From Bacilli bacterium (GTDB taxonomy: Bacteria; Bacillota_I; Bacilli_A; JAJDGJ01): 64,000 nt of DNA. Below the pieces are notes generated by a model. That model was given only the letters and a program-made list of their open reading frames with translations, had not been told where the DNA came from and made no database searches. Shown here piece after piece: positions 10,292 to 20,371 of the stretch; the stretch's first letter is position 1; the number at the start of each line of letters is the position of its first letter. Location of the stretch: contig JAISTP010000022.1 in NCBI GenBank assembly GCA_031272545.1, forward strand, positions 1,533 through 65,532, in the 5' to 3' direction. A program made the translations under genes and the position numbers.

Positions 10292-11803
10292 TTAAATTAT
10301 ATTTATCATTCTATTTTCATCTAAACAATTAATATAATCTAATATTTCTTTTATCTCTCTATTATTAGGTAAATAAGATAATTCAAATATCATAATATTA
10401 TTAGCTATTGTTTCAACATTATTAACTTGATAATTAGTAATTATAATATCGATATTATCTTGTTTAATAATTTCATTATCAATTAATTTATTAGAAATAA
10501 TAGTTAAATTAATATTATTCAAATTTAAAGCTTTTAATTCCTTTCTTAAATATAACTTAATTAATGGTTCACCTGAAATAAAAGCTACAATATTAATTTT
10601 TCTTAATTCTTTAATTAAATATTTAGTAGTTAATAAAGCTAAAGAAGTCGCAATATCTTCTAAGTAAAAGAATAATGTTCTTCGCTCTTTAATAAATATT
10701 TGTAAATTTCTATACCATAAATCATAGATAATCGCTTGATTATTTTTTAACTCTTCTTTTATTTTCTTATTACACAATTGATATAAAGGACTAACTATCG
10801 ATAAAGCATTCAAATTAAGTAAATAATTATTTATAACTTTATTTAAGAATATTTCTCTATCTTTAACACATATTTGTGAAGTAACTCTTTTAGTAAGTAT
10901 TGAATATTTCATTACTTCACTAATATCCACATCATTTCTAACCATAATCGTATTATTATTATCACTAACATCATAATTAACACAATCTAAAATTAATAAG
11001 TAAAAAGCTAAAACAAAATTAACATTCTTATCCAAATTATTAATTATTTTTAATTTATTCTGTTTAGAATAAAGATATAAAGCATTTTTAAAATTATTAT
11101 AGCTTCTTCTTTGATTATATTCCTCAATTATTTCTTTTTCAAAATCAATATATTTACCTACTTGATATCGTTCTAAAATAACTTGTAAATGATACGATGC
11201 ATAATTATAATCAATACTTAAACTACTTAATCCTAATTCTAAATAAATATTAATAATTTTCATAATAATATCATAATAAAGATTAGTTCTATTATTAAAC
11301 AAACTAAAATTAGAAGTAAATAAGTAATTAAAATAAAAATATTGTATATCAGCCTCCTTACCTTCAATATGAAGTTTAGGGCCGTAAATACCAATATTAA
11401 ACTTATTTATAAGACTATTTAAATAATTAAGATAACGAGTAAAATTAACATACGAAACATTATTTTCATCCGCAAACTTCTTAATATTTATTTGTTCATC
11501 ATAATATAAACTTTTAAAAAGACGATAAGATATTGTATTAAAATAAATATCATCAATAATATCTTGATATTTATCTTTACTTATATCTAAGAAAAAATAT
11601 TTATTATCATATATCTTAATAATATGTTTATATTCATCATTAATCCAGTCAATATCATTATAAATGGTCTTATGTTTATAACCAATACTAGTAACTAATT
11701 CATTGATATAAATTGGTTGATCATAGTCATACAAAAACTTTAGAATCTTAAGTCTTCTTCTAATAATCTTATCTTCTATTGTTTCAATAACTAAATCATA
11801 CAA
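10292..11803 (-). CDS. Mga/PRD-like helix-turn-helix transcriptional regulator (putative)
   Basis: The N-terminal winged-HTH-like segment (RRRLKILKFLYDYDQPIYINELVTSIGYKHKTIYNDI) and the ~500 aa size resemble Mga-type regulators. Weak call. Confidence 0.4.
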   Translation of the reverse strand: MYDLVIETIEDKIIRRRLKILKFLYDYDQPIYINELVTSIGYKHKTIYNDIDWINDEYKHIIKIYDNKYFFLDISKDKYQDIIDDIYFNTISYRLFKSLYYDEQINIKKFADENNVSYVNFTRYLNYLNSLINKFNIGIYGPKLHIEGKEADIQYFYFNYLFTSNFSLFNNRTNLYYDIIMKIINIYLELGLSSLSIDYNYASYHLQVILERYQVGKYIDFEKEIIEEYNQRRSYNNFKNALYLYSKQNKLKIINNLDKNVNFVLAFYLLILDCVNYDVSDNNNTIMVRNDVDISEVMKYSILTKRVTSQICVKDREIFLNKVINNYLLNLNALSIVSPLYQLCNKKIKEELKNNQAIIYDLWYRNLQIFIKERRTLFFYLEDIATSLALLTTKYLIKELRKINIVAFISGEPLIKLYLRKELKALNLNNINLTIISNKLIDNEIIKQDNIDIIITNYQVNNVETIANNIMIFELSYLPNNREIKEILDYINCLDENRMINII

Positions 11804-11847
11804 AATAATCTCTCCTTACAATAGTAAAGATGTTCTAATACTCATTT

Positions 11848-12076
11848 ATCTTATAACACTTATCAGCATAGGCTATCCTATAAAAATAGTCTAAGAGTTA
11901 AAGGGATAATTAATTTTTAAAATAATTTATTATGTCTATTTAAATAAAGGGGGGCTTTAATTAAATATATTATTTTTACTACAGCTTTTCAGAAATAATT
12001 ATTATTATATTTAGTATTCATGCTCTTGTTTACTAAATTTATAGGATACCTATGCCGATTAATATTATCTTAAGAT
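11848..12076. repeat. Long imperfect inverted repeat (about 37-nt arms, about 150-nt spacer) in a 580-bp intergenic region
   Basis: The reverse complement of the left arm (11848-11884) is TTTATAGGATAGCCTATGCTGATAAGTGTTATAAGAT. The right arm (12038-12076) is TTTATAGGATACCTATGCCGATTAATATTATCTTAAGAT. About 30 of 37 positions match by hand alignment. Confidence 0.6.
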
Positions 12077-12385
12077 AATAGATACCTTACAATATCTTTA
12101 TAATTTCTCTTCTTTATTTCATATGTTATTTATTATAAATAACGCCATTATTATACTTACTTATTTAGTATAAACAATCAAGTTATAATAAAATTTACAA
12201 ATATTGAAAATTTTAATAGTTATTAAAACAAATAATCACTATACAATAATATAAATTTCAATATTAATTAATAAACACTTTTTATTGATATTAATAACTT
12301 TTACTATTAAATAAATTGTTCAAATAAGTTACATTTTATTTACCTACAAAAGTATATAATAAGTTATATAAGGAGGTTAATTGTT

Positions 12386-12631
12386 ATGGAAAATAGAGTT
12401 GCCATAATTGGTATTATCGTTGAAGATATTGAAAGTGCTGAACAAATAAATCATATTCTTCATGAATATGCAAATGTTATCATTGGTAGAATGGGCATCC
12501 CATATCATGAAAAAGATTTAAATATTATTAGTATTGCAATAGATGCTAATAATGATGTCATTAATTCTTTAACAGGTAAAATAGGTAAACTTAAAGGTGT
12601 AAGTGCTAAAGCTGTTTATTCATCAAAATAG
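12386..12631 (+). CDS. TM1266-family small ACT-like protein (family annotated as putative iron-only hydrogenase system regulator)
   Basis: 81 aa. The pattern IIGIIVED....A..IN.ILHEY...I.GRMG.P........ISI.ID...D.I..L.GK.G.L.GV..K matches my memory of TM1266-like proteins. Strong SD AAGGAGG. Confidence 0.55.
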   Translation: MENRVAIIGIIVEDIESAEQINHILHEYANVIIGRMGIPYHEKDLNIISIAIDANNDVINSLTGKIGKLKGVSAKAVYSSK

Positions 12632-13111
12632 TTAATTATTACCTTTATTAAAAGTAATAATATTTTGATTAGATGAACCTATAAAAGGAATATTTAATGT
12701 TCTTAACTCTTCAATATATGGTCCATCAACTAGAACACTAATATATTTAAAGATAGAACTATATCCTAAACGGATAAGTTCTTTTTTAGTATAACCACTA
12801 TAAATCCATAAATCATAATTTTTAAAAGCTTGTGCTAAGACTAATAATTGTTCATATTGAAGAAATGGTTCCCCACCACTAATTGTTATCTTATTAATTG
12901 TTTTATTATTTTTTATTTGATTAATTAATTCATCAATATTCATTATAATATTATCTTCATTACTATGTGTTTGCATATTATGACAATTATAACAATGATG
13001 ATTACATCCTTGAAAAAAGATAACACATCTTAAACCAGGTCCATCAACTATACTATCATAAATAATACCTGCTAAATTAACGTCCATGTTTAATACGATC
13101 TCTTTCTTCAC
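12632..13111 (-). CDS. nrdG: Anaerobic ribonucleoside-triphosphate reductase activating protein (radical SAM)
   Basis: DGPGLRCVIFFQGCNHHCYNCHN (CxxxCxxC) and its position downstream of nrdD. The real start may be Met9 at 13087. Confidence 0.9.
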   Translation of the reverse strand: MKKEIVLNMDVNLAGIIYDSIVDGPGLRCVIFFQGCNHHCYNCHNMQTHSNEDNIIMNIDELINQIKNNKTINKITISGGEPFLQYEQLLVLAQAFKNYDLWIYSGYTKKELIRLGYSSIFKYISVLVDGPYIEELRTLNIPFIGSSNQNIITFNKGNN

Positions 13112-15329
13112 TAGCTTTTGCTTTATTAAAATGATCTAAAGTTCCAACAAGATAACCAGTAATTCTTCTTATTCTTTCAAATTTAATATCTTTCTCTAAA
13201 CGATGACACTTAGGACATTCATCATAGATTACTCCATTATATCCACATACTGGATCTCGATCTAAAGGATGATTGATAGCTCCATAACCAATATTTAATT
13301 CTTTCTTCATTCTAACAATATCTTCAAAGGCGCTTAAGTTAAGTGATGGATCACCATCTAATTCAATATATGAGATATGACCAGCATTACTTAATTCATG
13401 ATAAGGTGCTTCTTTTTTTAATTTATCATAAATGCTAATAGGATAATCTACCGGAATATGAAAGCTATTAGTATAATAATCTTTATCAGTTATTCCTTTA
13501 ATTAAACCAAACTTTTCTTTATCTATTTTTGTAAAACGACCTGATAAACCTTCAGCAGGTGTCGCTAATAATGAATAATTAAGCTTTGTTTTATTAGCTT
13601 CATTATCCATTTTATTTCTTAAAAAACGAATTATTTTTAAACCTAATTCTTGAGCTTCATCACTTTCACCATGATGTTTATTAATTAATACTTTTAAACA
13701 TTCAGCTAAACCAATATAACCTAAAGATAATGTCCCATGTTTTAATATCTCTGCTATTTTATCATCAACATTTAATTTATCACTATCTAACCAAACACCT
13801 TGAGACATTAAGAAAGGAAAATTTCTTTTAGTCTTATTTACTAATAATAAATAACGATCATATAGTTGTTTAATAATTTCATTACTATAATAATTTAGCT
13901 TGTCAAAGAAATCATCAATGTCTTTTGAAATTAAAGCAATACGAACAAGGTTTAATGTAGTAAAAGATAAATTACCACGACCAGTAACTACTTCATTATT
14001 TTTGTCGTAAATATTTGATATAACACGAGTACGACATCCCATATATGCTATTTCAGTATTAGGATTATTTTTATCATAATATTGTCTATTAAAAGAAGCA
14101 TCAATAAATGAAAAATTAGGAAACATTCTTAAAGCAGAAGTTTTAATAGCTAATTGAAACAAATCATAATTAGGATCAGTTGGATTATAATTTATTCCTT
14201 CTTTTACTTTAAATATTTGAATTGGAAAGATATAAGTTTCACTATTACCCATACCAGCTTGTGTTGCTTTTAAAACACTTTCAATTATTAATCTTCCTTC
14301 AATACTTGTATCTGTTCCATAATTAATACTACTAAAAGGAACTTGTGCTCCAGCTCGTGAATGCATCGTATTAAGATTATGTAATAAAGATTCCATAGCT
14401 TGATAAGTAGCTCTTTTAGTTTCTTTTACTGCTTCTTCATAAGCAAATTTACTAGCTTTCTCATCTTTAAATAAAGCTAATTCTTTTACTAAATAATTAT
14501 CATAATTACTCATTGATAATTCTTCATTATTTTCTTTAATAAAATTAGTATAACTTCTTATCATAATAGCATTTTCTAGTTTTAAATATTTAAGATAATT
14601 ACGATGATAATTTTTCTTAAAAGTTTTTTTAACTCCTGCAGCTAAAGCATAATCAAAAGTAGGAATTGATTGACCGCCATGTTGATCATTTTGATTAGAT
14701 TGAATAGCAATACAAGTTAATGCGGCATATGAGCTAATATCATTAGGTTCACGAAGATGACCATGACCAGTAGAAAAGCCATCTTTAAATAATTTAGTTA
14801 AATCTATTTGACAACATGTCGTAGTTAAAGAATAAAAATCTAAGTCATGAATATGAATAAAACCTTCATCATGTAATTTAACATGCAATGGATTAATTAA
14901 ATTATTCTTATAAAATGCTTTTGCGGCTTCTGAGCCATAACGTAACATTGTAGCCATTGGTGTATTCCCATCAATATTAGCATTTTCTTTTTTTAAATCA
15001 CTTTCATTAGCATCTAAAAAAGTTAATTCAGCTAACACCTCCATTAACTTAGATTTTTTCTCTCTTATTTCAGTTCGATGATTACGATATAAAATAAATT
15101 TCTTAGCTGTTAAAGCAAGATTAGCCTTAATTAATTCTTCTTCAATTAAATCTTGTATTTCTTCAACATGCCATTTATCTTTAGTACTCATCCTATTATA
15201 AACTGCTTCATATATTTTATTAATATCAAATTTCTCTTGCGAACTAATACTAGCCTTACTAATCGCGTTAATAATCTTTTCAGGATTAAAAATAAGGATA
15301 CGACCATCTCTTTTAATTACTTCTTTCAT
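13077..15329 (-). CDS. nrdD: Anaerobic ribonucleoside-triphosphate reductase
   Basis: N-terminal ATP-cone (VIKRDGRILIF), C-terminal zinc ribbon (CPKCH) and glycyl-radical motif RRITGYLVG. The ATG at 15329 follows AAAGAGG; the track start at 15353 is a TTG. Confidence 0.95.
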   Translation of the reverse strand: MKEVIKRDGRILIFNPEKIINAISKASISSQEKFDINKIYEAVYNRMSTKDKWHVEEIQDLIEEELIKANLALTAKKFILYRNHRTEIREKKSKLMEVLAELTFLDANESDLKKENANIDGNTPMATMLRYGSEAAKAFYKNNLINPLHVKLHDEGFIHIHDLDFYSLTTTCCQIDLTKLFKDGFSTGHGHLREPNDISSYAALTCIAIQSNQNDQHGGQSIPTFDYALAAGVKKTFKKNYHRNYLKYLKLENAIMIRSYTNFIKENNEELSMSNYDNYLVKELALFKDEKASKFAYEEAVKETKRATYQAMESLLHNLNTMHSRAGAQVPFSSINYGTDTSIEGRLIIESVLKATQAGMGNSETYIFPIQIFKVKEGINYNPTDPNYDLFQLAIKTSALRMFPNFSFIDASFNRQYYDKNNPNTEIAYMGCRTRVISNIYDKNNEVVTGRGNLSFTTLNLVRIALISKDIDDFFDKLNYYSNEIIKQLYDRYLLLVNKTKRNFPFLMSQGVWLDSDKLNVDDKIAEILKHGTLSLGYIGLAECLKVLINKHHGESDEAQELGLKIIRFLRNKMDNEANKTKLNYSLLATPAEGLSGRFTKIDKEKFGLIKGITDKDYYTNSFHIPVDYPISIYDKLKKEAPYHELSNAGHISYIELDGDPSLNLSAFEDIVRMKKELNIGYGAINHPLDRDPVCGYNGVIYDECPKCHRLEKDIKFERIRRITGYLVGTLDHFNKAKASEERDRIKHGR

Positions 15330-15392
15330 AATAAAACCTCTTTTCTTATACAAAAAACATCATGATAACTCACGATGTTTATAAATTTAACT

Positions 15393-15533
15393 AAAAAAGC
15401 TAAATTCATACGAATTTAGCTAGAAATCAAATCGCGTGAATTATCATTTCAAACAAAGTTTTCTGGCTTGATTTTCATCTTACAGTGGCGCGTCCGCTCA
15501 GGCTTTTAACCTGATTGCCTTTGTTTAATATTT
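15393..15533 (-). promoter_or_regulatory. Cobalamin (B12) riboswitch with a terminator expression platform, leader of nrdDG
   Basis: The minus-strand RNA reads AAACAAAGGCAATCAGGTTAAAAGCCTGAGCGGACGCGCCACTGTAAGATGAAAATCAAGCCAGAAAACTTTGTTT. It has the conserved GCCACTG core, a B12-box-like AAGCCAGAAAAC, and a closing P1 (AAACAAAG/CTTTGTTT). A hairpin AGCTAAATTC-GTAT-GAATTTAGCT plus T6 follows (15393-15421). Confidence 0.75.
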
Positions 15534-15539
15534 TTTTAT

Positions 15540-15567
15540 ATTATAGCATAGATAATTTAATAATCAA
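15540..15567 (-). promoter_or_regulatory. Promoter for the B12-riboswitch-nrdDG transcript
   Basis: Extended -10 TGCTATAAT (plus strand 15540-15548) with TTGATT about 16 nt upstream. Confidence 0.45.
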
Positions 15568-17933
15568 TTACGATACACTTCTTTTGCGACATCTACTCCA
15601 GCTAAAGCATCTTTACAATAATAATCGGCATTTATTTCTTGCGCATATTTTTTATTTAATACGGCTCCACCAACCATTATCTTAATATTGCTATCATAAT
15701 TATTAATATCTTTAATAATATCTTTCATACTAGCAACAGTAGTAGTCATTAATGCACTAAGACCAACTAATTTAACATTATTTTTATTTAATACCCTTAT
15801 TATTTCTTCACTACTAACATCTTTACCTAAATCAATAATTTTATAACCATAATTAGCAAGGATAACTTTAACAATATTCTTTCCTATATCATGAACATCA
15901 CCTTTTACCGTAGCTAAAACAATAATACCTTTACTTTCAACAGTATTATCTTTAAATTCTTTTTTTATAACATCAAAAATATTAGTTACTGTTTGAGCAG
16001 ATTGAATTAATTGTGGTAAATATAATTGTTTTTCTTCAAATCTTTTTCCTACTTCATCTAAACTTTTAACAATATCATTTTCTATTATATCTAATGGTTT
16101 GCGTATTTTTAATTCTTTTCTTGTCTTATCAATAGCCTCATCTTTTAAACCTTTAATAATTATTTCTTTTAAACTATAATTATTATCTTTAACTATTTTT
16201 AGTTTTTTATCTTGGTATACATTAAAATAAGATAAATAATTATTTGCTTGTTTATCAATATTAAATAATACTTCATAAGCATAGATAGTATTCATTACTT
16301 CTAATGAAGCTGTATTTAATATGGCACTATCTAATCCTTTACTTAAAGCTAAACTTAAAAAAGTACTATTTAAAAGAGGACGATTAGGTAAACCAAATGA
16401 TACATTAGAAAGTCCTAATATTGTTTTTAAACCTAACTCTTTTTTTATTAAATAGATAGCTTCTAGTGTTGCTTTAACATCTTCTTGTTGGGCACTAGCT
16501 GTTAATGTTAAAGGATCAATAATTAAATTTTCTTTATCAATACCATATTCTAAAACTTTATTTAATATTTTTCTTGCGACTCTTAATTTATCATCGACAC
16601 TTAAAGCTAAACCTTTTTCATCAATACAAAGTCCAATAATTAAAGCACCATACTTTTTCGCAAGTGGTAATATTGTATTTAAACTTTCTTCTTTACCATT
16701 AACTGAATTAATAATTGGTTTTCCATTATAAATACGTAATGCTTTGGCTAAAGCTTTTTCTTTTGTTGTATCTATTTGTAATGGAACATTAACATATTCT
16801 TGAACTTTTTTAATTATTTGTGGCAATTTATTCTCTTCATCAAAATTAGGTAATCCTACATTAATATCAAGCACATTGGCCTTTTCTTCTTCTTGAGCTA
16901 ATGCTTCTTTAATAATAGGAGTATCATCATTATTTAATAAAGCTTGTTTTAAATGTTCTTTACCAGTAGGATTAATTCTCTCACCTATTTTAATAAAGTT
17001 ATTATCAAAAATAACACCTTTTGTCCCACTTGAAGTAATAGTTAAATTTTTTTTATTTGGTAATATTGGTTTCTTATCTTTAATATAAGAAGCAATTAAT
17101 TTAATAAAATCATAATTAGTACCACAACATCCCCCAACAATAGTTGCACCTTCATTTATAATTTCTTTCATATAAATAATAAAATCTTCTGCTTTTACAT
17201 TATAACTACCATCTAAATTAGGTAATCCTGCATTAGGTTGAACCATTATTGGTAAAGAAGAATATTTAATAAACTCTTTAACTAAAGGTAACATATCTTG
17301 CGGTCCAAAACCACAATTTAAACCTAATGCATCTACATTTAAGCCCTCTAAAGTAGCTACAATACTTATAATATCATTACCTACTAATGTCTTATGATTA
17401 TTTTCAAAAGTATGACTTACAAAAATTGGTTTATTACTATTTTCTTTAATAGCTAATATTGCGGCTTTAGCTTCATATAAATCAGATATTGTTTCTACGA
17501 CAAATAAATCAATATCTAATTTATTCGCAATCCTTACAATTCTAGTAAATGCATCATAAGCTTTTTCAAAAGATAAAGTTCCAGATGGTTCTAATAATTC
17601 GCCTAAAGGACCAATATCATAAGCTACAAATGCTTTTTTATTAACTCTTTTTACTGCATTGTTCGCATTACTTACAGCCATTTGAATAATATCATCTAAA
17701 GAATAATTTATTTCTTCATACTTAATTGGATTAGCCGAAAAAGTATTAGTTAAGATTACATTAGCACCACTATTCAAATAATTAAAATGAATATCTTCAA
17801 TTAAATTAGGTTTAGTTATATTTAATTCAATAGGATTTTCATCTAATTTCATTCCTCCTTGTTGTAATAAAGAACCCATAGCTCCATCAAAAACAAGATA
17901 ATGATCTTTTAAATATTCTCTTATATCATTCAT
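15564..17933 (-). CDS. metH: Cobalamin-dependent methionine synthase (Hcy-binding, pterin-binding and B12-binding modules; no C-terminal activation domain)
   Basis: Hcy S-methyltransferase N-terminus (GGCCGT), a pterin-binding middle, and the B12-binding DxHxxG motif (GDVHDIGKN) near the C-terminus. 789 aa. Confidence 0.9.
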   Translation of the reverse strand: MNDIREYLKDHYLVFDGAMGSLLQQGGMKLDENPIELNITKPNLIEDIHFNYLNSGANVILTNTFSANPIKYEEINYSLDDIIQMAVSNANNAVKRVNKKAFVAYDIGPLGELLEPSGTLSFEKAYDAFTRIVRIANKLDIDLFVVETISDLYEAKAAILAIKENSNKPIFVSHTFENNHKTLVGNDIISIVATLEGLNVDALGLNCGFGPQDMLPLVKEFIKYSSLPIMVQPNAGLPNLDGSYNVKAEDFIIYMKEIINEGATIVGGCCGTNYDFIKLIASYIKDKKPILPNKKNLTITSSGTKGVIFDNNFIKIGERINPTGKEHLKQALLNNDDTPIIKEALAQEEEKANVLDINVGLPNFDEENKLPQIIKKVQEYVNVPLQIDTTKEKALAKALRIYNGKPIINSVNGKEESLNTILPLAKKYGALIIGLCIDEKGLALSVDDKLRVARKILNKVLEYGIDKENLIIDPLTLTASAQQEDVKATLEAIYLIKKELGLKTILGLSNVSFGLPNRPLLNSTFLSLALSKGLDSAILNTASLEVMNTIYAYEVLFNIDKQANNYLSYFNVYQDKKLKIVKDNNYSLKEIIIKGLKDEAIDKTRKELKIRKPLDIIENDIVKSLDEVGKRFEEKQLYLPQLIQSAQTVTNIFDVIKKEFKDNTVESKGIIVLATVKGDVHDIGKNIVKVILANYGYKIIDLGKDVSSEEIIRVLNKNNVKLVGLSALMTTTVASMKDIIKDINNYDSNIKIMVGGAVLNKKYAQEINADYYCKDALAGVDVAKEVYRN

Positions 17934-17934
17934 A

Positions 17935-18588
17935 TTATTTATTTACCTCCAAACATTTACCACTACATTTACCATTAGGTAAACATAAATGACATTTACT
18001 TAAATTATTAGCTATCTTTTTTGAACTTAAACCAATAATAGCTGTTATTGATTTTGATGGAACCATTAAATTACTATCTAATAAGTTAACTCCAATTAAT
18101 TTAGCACTATTTAATAATGATAAAATATCATTTTGATATTTTAAATCTACATCACCATAACCAATTGAATATCGAGAAGAATGATATTTATCATTTGGTA
18201 GTATTTCTAATTGTAAATAGTCAAGGTATTTTTCAATATATTCAGTTGCTAGAGCATTAATTACATAAGCTAAGCCAATATCATTAATTTCTAATTTTTT
18301 TATTTCTTGATCTAAAGCTAAACCAAGGGTTGCGACTAGAATTATTATTTCATCACAATCAATTAAATGTTTACTCAAACTTTTACTCTCTATTATGATA
18401 CTAGTATCTTTAATAATAACTTTATTATTATCATTGCTAATATCAAATCTTCTAGCTAAGTATTTAGGTCTAATTATATCTTCTAAAATAACAAGTCCTT
18501 TATCTATATTAGCTTTTGTATTACTATCTAATTCACCTTGATAATTTAAATATCTTTGTACTTCTTTTAAATCAAGCTCTAATTTCAT
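17935..18588 (-). CDS. Stand-alone methionine synthase activation-domain-like protein (putative)
   Basis: About 217 aa ORF wedged between the yitJ-like gene and metH, Cys-rich C-terminus. Weak resemblance to separate MetH reactivation domains in bacteria with short MetH. The ATG at 18588 follows GAGGGA. Confidence 0.5.
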   Translation of the reverse strand: MKLELDLKEVQRYLNYQGELDSNTKANIDKGLVILEDIIRPKYLARRFDISNDNNKVIIKDTSIIIESKSLSKHLIDCDEIIILVATLGLALDQEIKKLEINDIGLAYVINALATEYIEKYLDYLQLEILPNDKYHSSRYSIGYGDVDLKYQNDILSLLNSAKLIGVNLLDSNLMVPSKSITAIIGLSSKKIANNLSKCHLCLPNGKCSGKCLEVNK

Positions 18589-18613
18589 CTTTTTTCCCTC
18601 AACTATCATTTTA

Positions 18614-20362
18614 TTAATTATTTAATTTAATTGCTTTAATAATATCACAAACATAATTAACTTTCTTTAATGGTGTCGAAATATAATAACCATGACAATA
18701 ATCTTTTACTTTACCTATTATATCTAAAATATAATCTTTAACAATTACTTGATAATTATTACTATCACTTTCTTTTAATTCTTTAATTAATGAATCAGGT
18801 ATTTTTATACCTTTAACTTCATTATTTAAGAACATAGCATTCTTATAACTAACTATTGGATAAAATCCTACAATAATAGGTACATCTAATTCAAGAAAAG
18901 CTTTCTTTAAATTATCAATAGCTTTATAAGAGAATATTGATTGAGTAATAAAATATTTAGTTCCTAATGAGATCTTTTTCTTTGCTCTAATTAATTCATT
19001 ATCAAAATTACTAGCATTAATATTTAAAGCAGAACCAATTAAGTAAGGATTATTATAGAATGTTGTTTGATTTAATTCATTTATATAATTAATAAGATTA
19101 AATGAATTAAAATTAAAGACACCTTTTTTATTTTCACGATCAATTTGTGCAATCGCATCACCACTTAAAGCTAAGACATTATTAATACCATTAATATTAG
19201 CAGCTAATAAACCACCTTTTAAAGCTATTTGATTTTTATCTCGACAAGTTTGATGTACCAAAATATCTACATTTAATTCTTGTTTAATTTTAGAAGCTAT
19301 CATTAAAGAATCAGCTCTTGTTTTCCCTAATGGAGAATCTACTAAAGTAATTAAATCTATATTTAAAGCTTTATATTTATAAATAGCATCATATAAATAA
19401 TCAATATCTGTATCAATAGGAGGTTCTAATTCTACTAATATTACTTTTTTATCACTCTTTAATTTTTGATAAAAATCGCTTTCTTTTTTACTATCTATAA
19501 TTTTAATTTGTTTAGGCAATTGATAATTAATAGGAGTTGTATTAATTTTTTCAATAAACTTCTTAATATGTTCTGGAGTACTTCCACAACACCCTCCAAT
19601 AATCTTAGTATCAAGACTAGCCATTTTAAGTAATACATCACTAAAATAATCAGGATTATAATCATATAAAGGTTCATGATTTAATTCAGGATAACCAGCA
19701 TTAGGCATCAAAGATACATTGTATTTATTCATATCAATATTTTGAGCTAATTGATACATATGAGTCGGACCACAAATACAATTTAGTCCAAAATAATCAG
19801 CTATTGAACTAACTTCTTCACATAATTTTAAATAATAATTACCTAATTGCGTATAACCATCTTGATTAACACTAAAAGAGACAATTACGACACTATCTTT
19901 AACATTATCTTTAATATACTTAACACTTTCTTTAATACTTTCAAATTCAATATTAGTTTCAAAAAGAAATTTATTTATCCCATTTTCCAAAAAGATATTA
20001 ACAATATCTAAATATTCATGCTTATTATTTTCATCAATATCTATCGGACCAATATCCGCAAAGATATTAACTTTTTTATCTTTACATGCTTTTTTAGCAT
20101 TCTTTATTGCTTTAACAATTAATAAATTACGATACTTAACATCTTTTATTAAATTAGTATTTAATCTAAAAGTATTTGTTTTAATTGCATTTACCCCAGC
20201 ATCAATATATTCTTGGTGAATATTAATAATTTCTTTCGCATGAGTAATGTTACATAATTCAATAGGTTGATTTTGTTTATATTTACTTGCAAAATAAGTA
20301 CCATAAGCACCATCAAAAATATAATCTAAGTATTTATTAGGAATTTTTTTATTCATTATCAT
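18614..20362 (-). CDS. Bifunctional homocysteine S-methyltransferase / 5,10-methylenetetrahydrofolate reductase (YitJ-like)
   Basis: N-terminal Hcy methyltransferase domain (IIGGCCGSTPEH) fused to a C-terminal MTHFR-like domain. 582 aa. Confidence 0.8.
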   Translation of the reverse strand: MIMNKKIPNKYLDYIFDGAYGTYFASKYKQNQPIELCNITHAKEIINIHQEYIDAGVNAIKTNTFRLNTNLIKDVKYRNLLIVKAIKNAKKACKDKKVNIFADIGPIDIDENNKHEYLDIVNIFLENGINKFLFETNIEFESIKESVKYIKDNVKDSVVIVSFSVNQDGYTQLGNYYLKLCEEVSSIADYFGLNCICGPTHMYQLAQNIDMNKYNVSLMPNAGYPELNHEPLYDYNPDYFSDVLLKMASLDTKIIGGCCGSTPEHIKKFIEKINTTPINYQLPKQIKIIDSKKESDFYQKLKSDKKVILVELEPPIDTDIDYLYDAIYKYKALNIDLITLVDSPLGKTRADSLMIASKIKQELNVDILVHQTCRDKNQIALKGGLLAANINGINNVLALSGDAIAQIDRENKKGVFNFNSFNLINYINELNQTTFYNNPYLIGSALNINASNFDNELIRAKKKISLGTKYFITQSIFSYKAIDNLKKAFLELDVPIIVGFYPIVSYKNAMFLNNEVKGIKIPDSLIKELKESDSNNYQVIVKDYILDIIGKVKDYCHGYYISTPLKKVNYVCDIIKAIKLNN

Positions 20363-20371
20363 CCATCCTTT

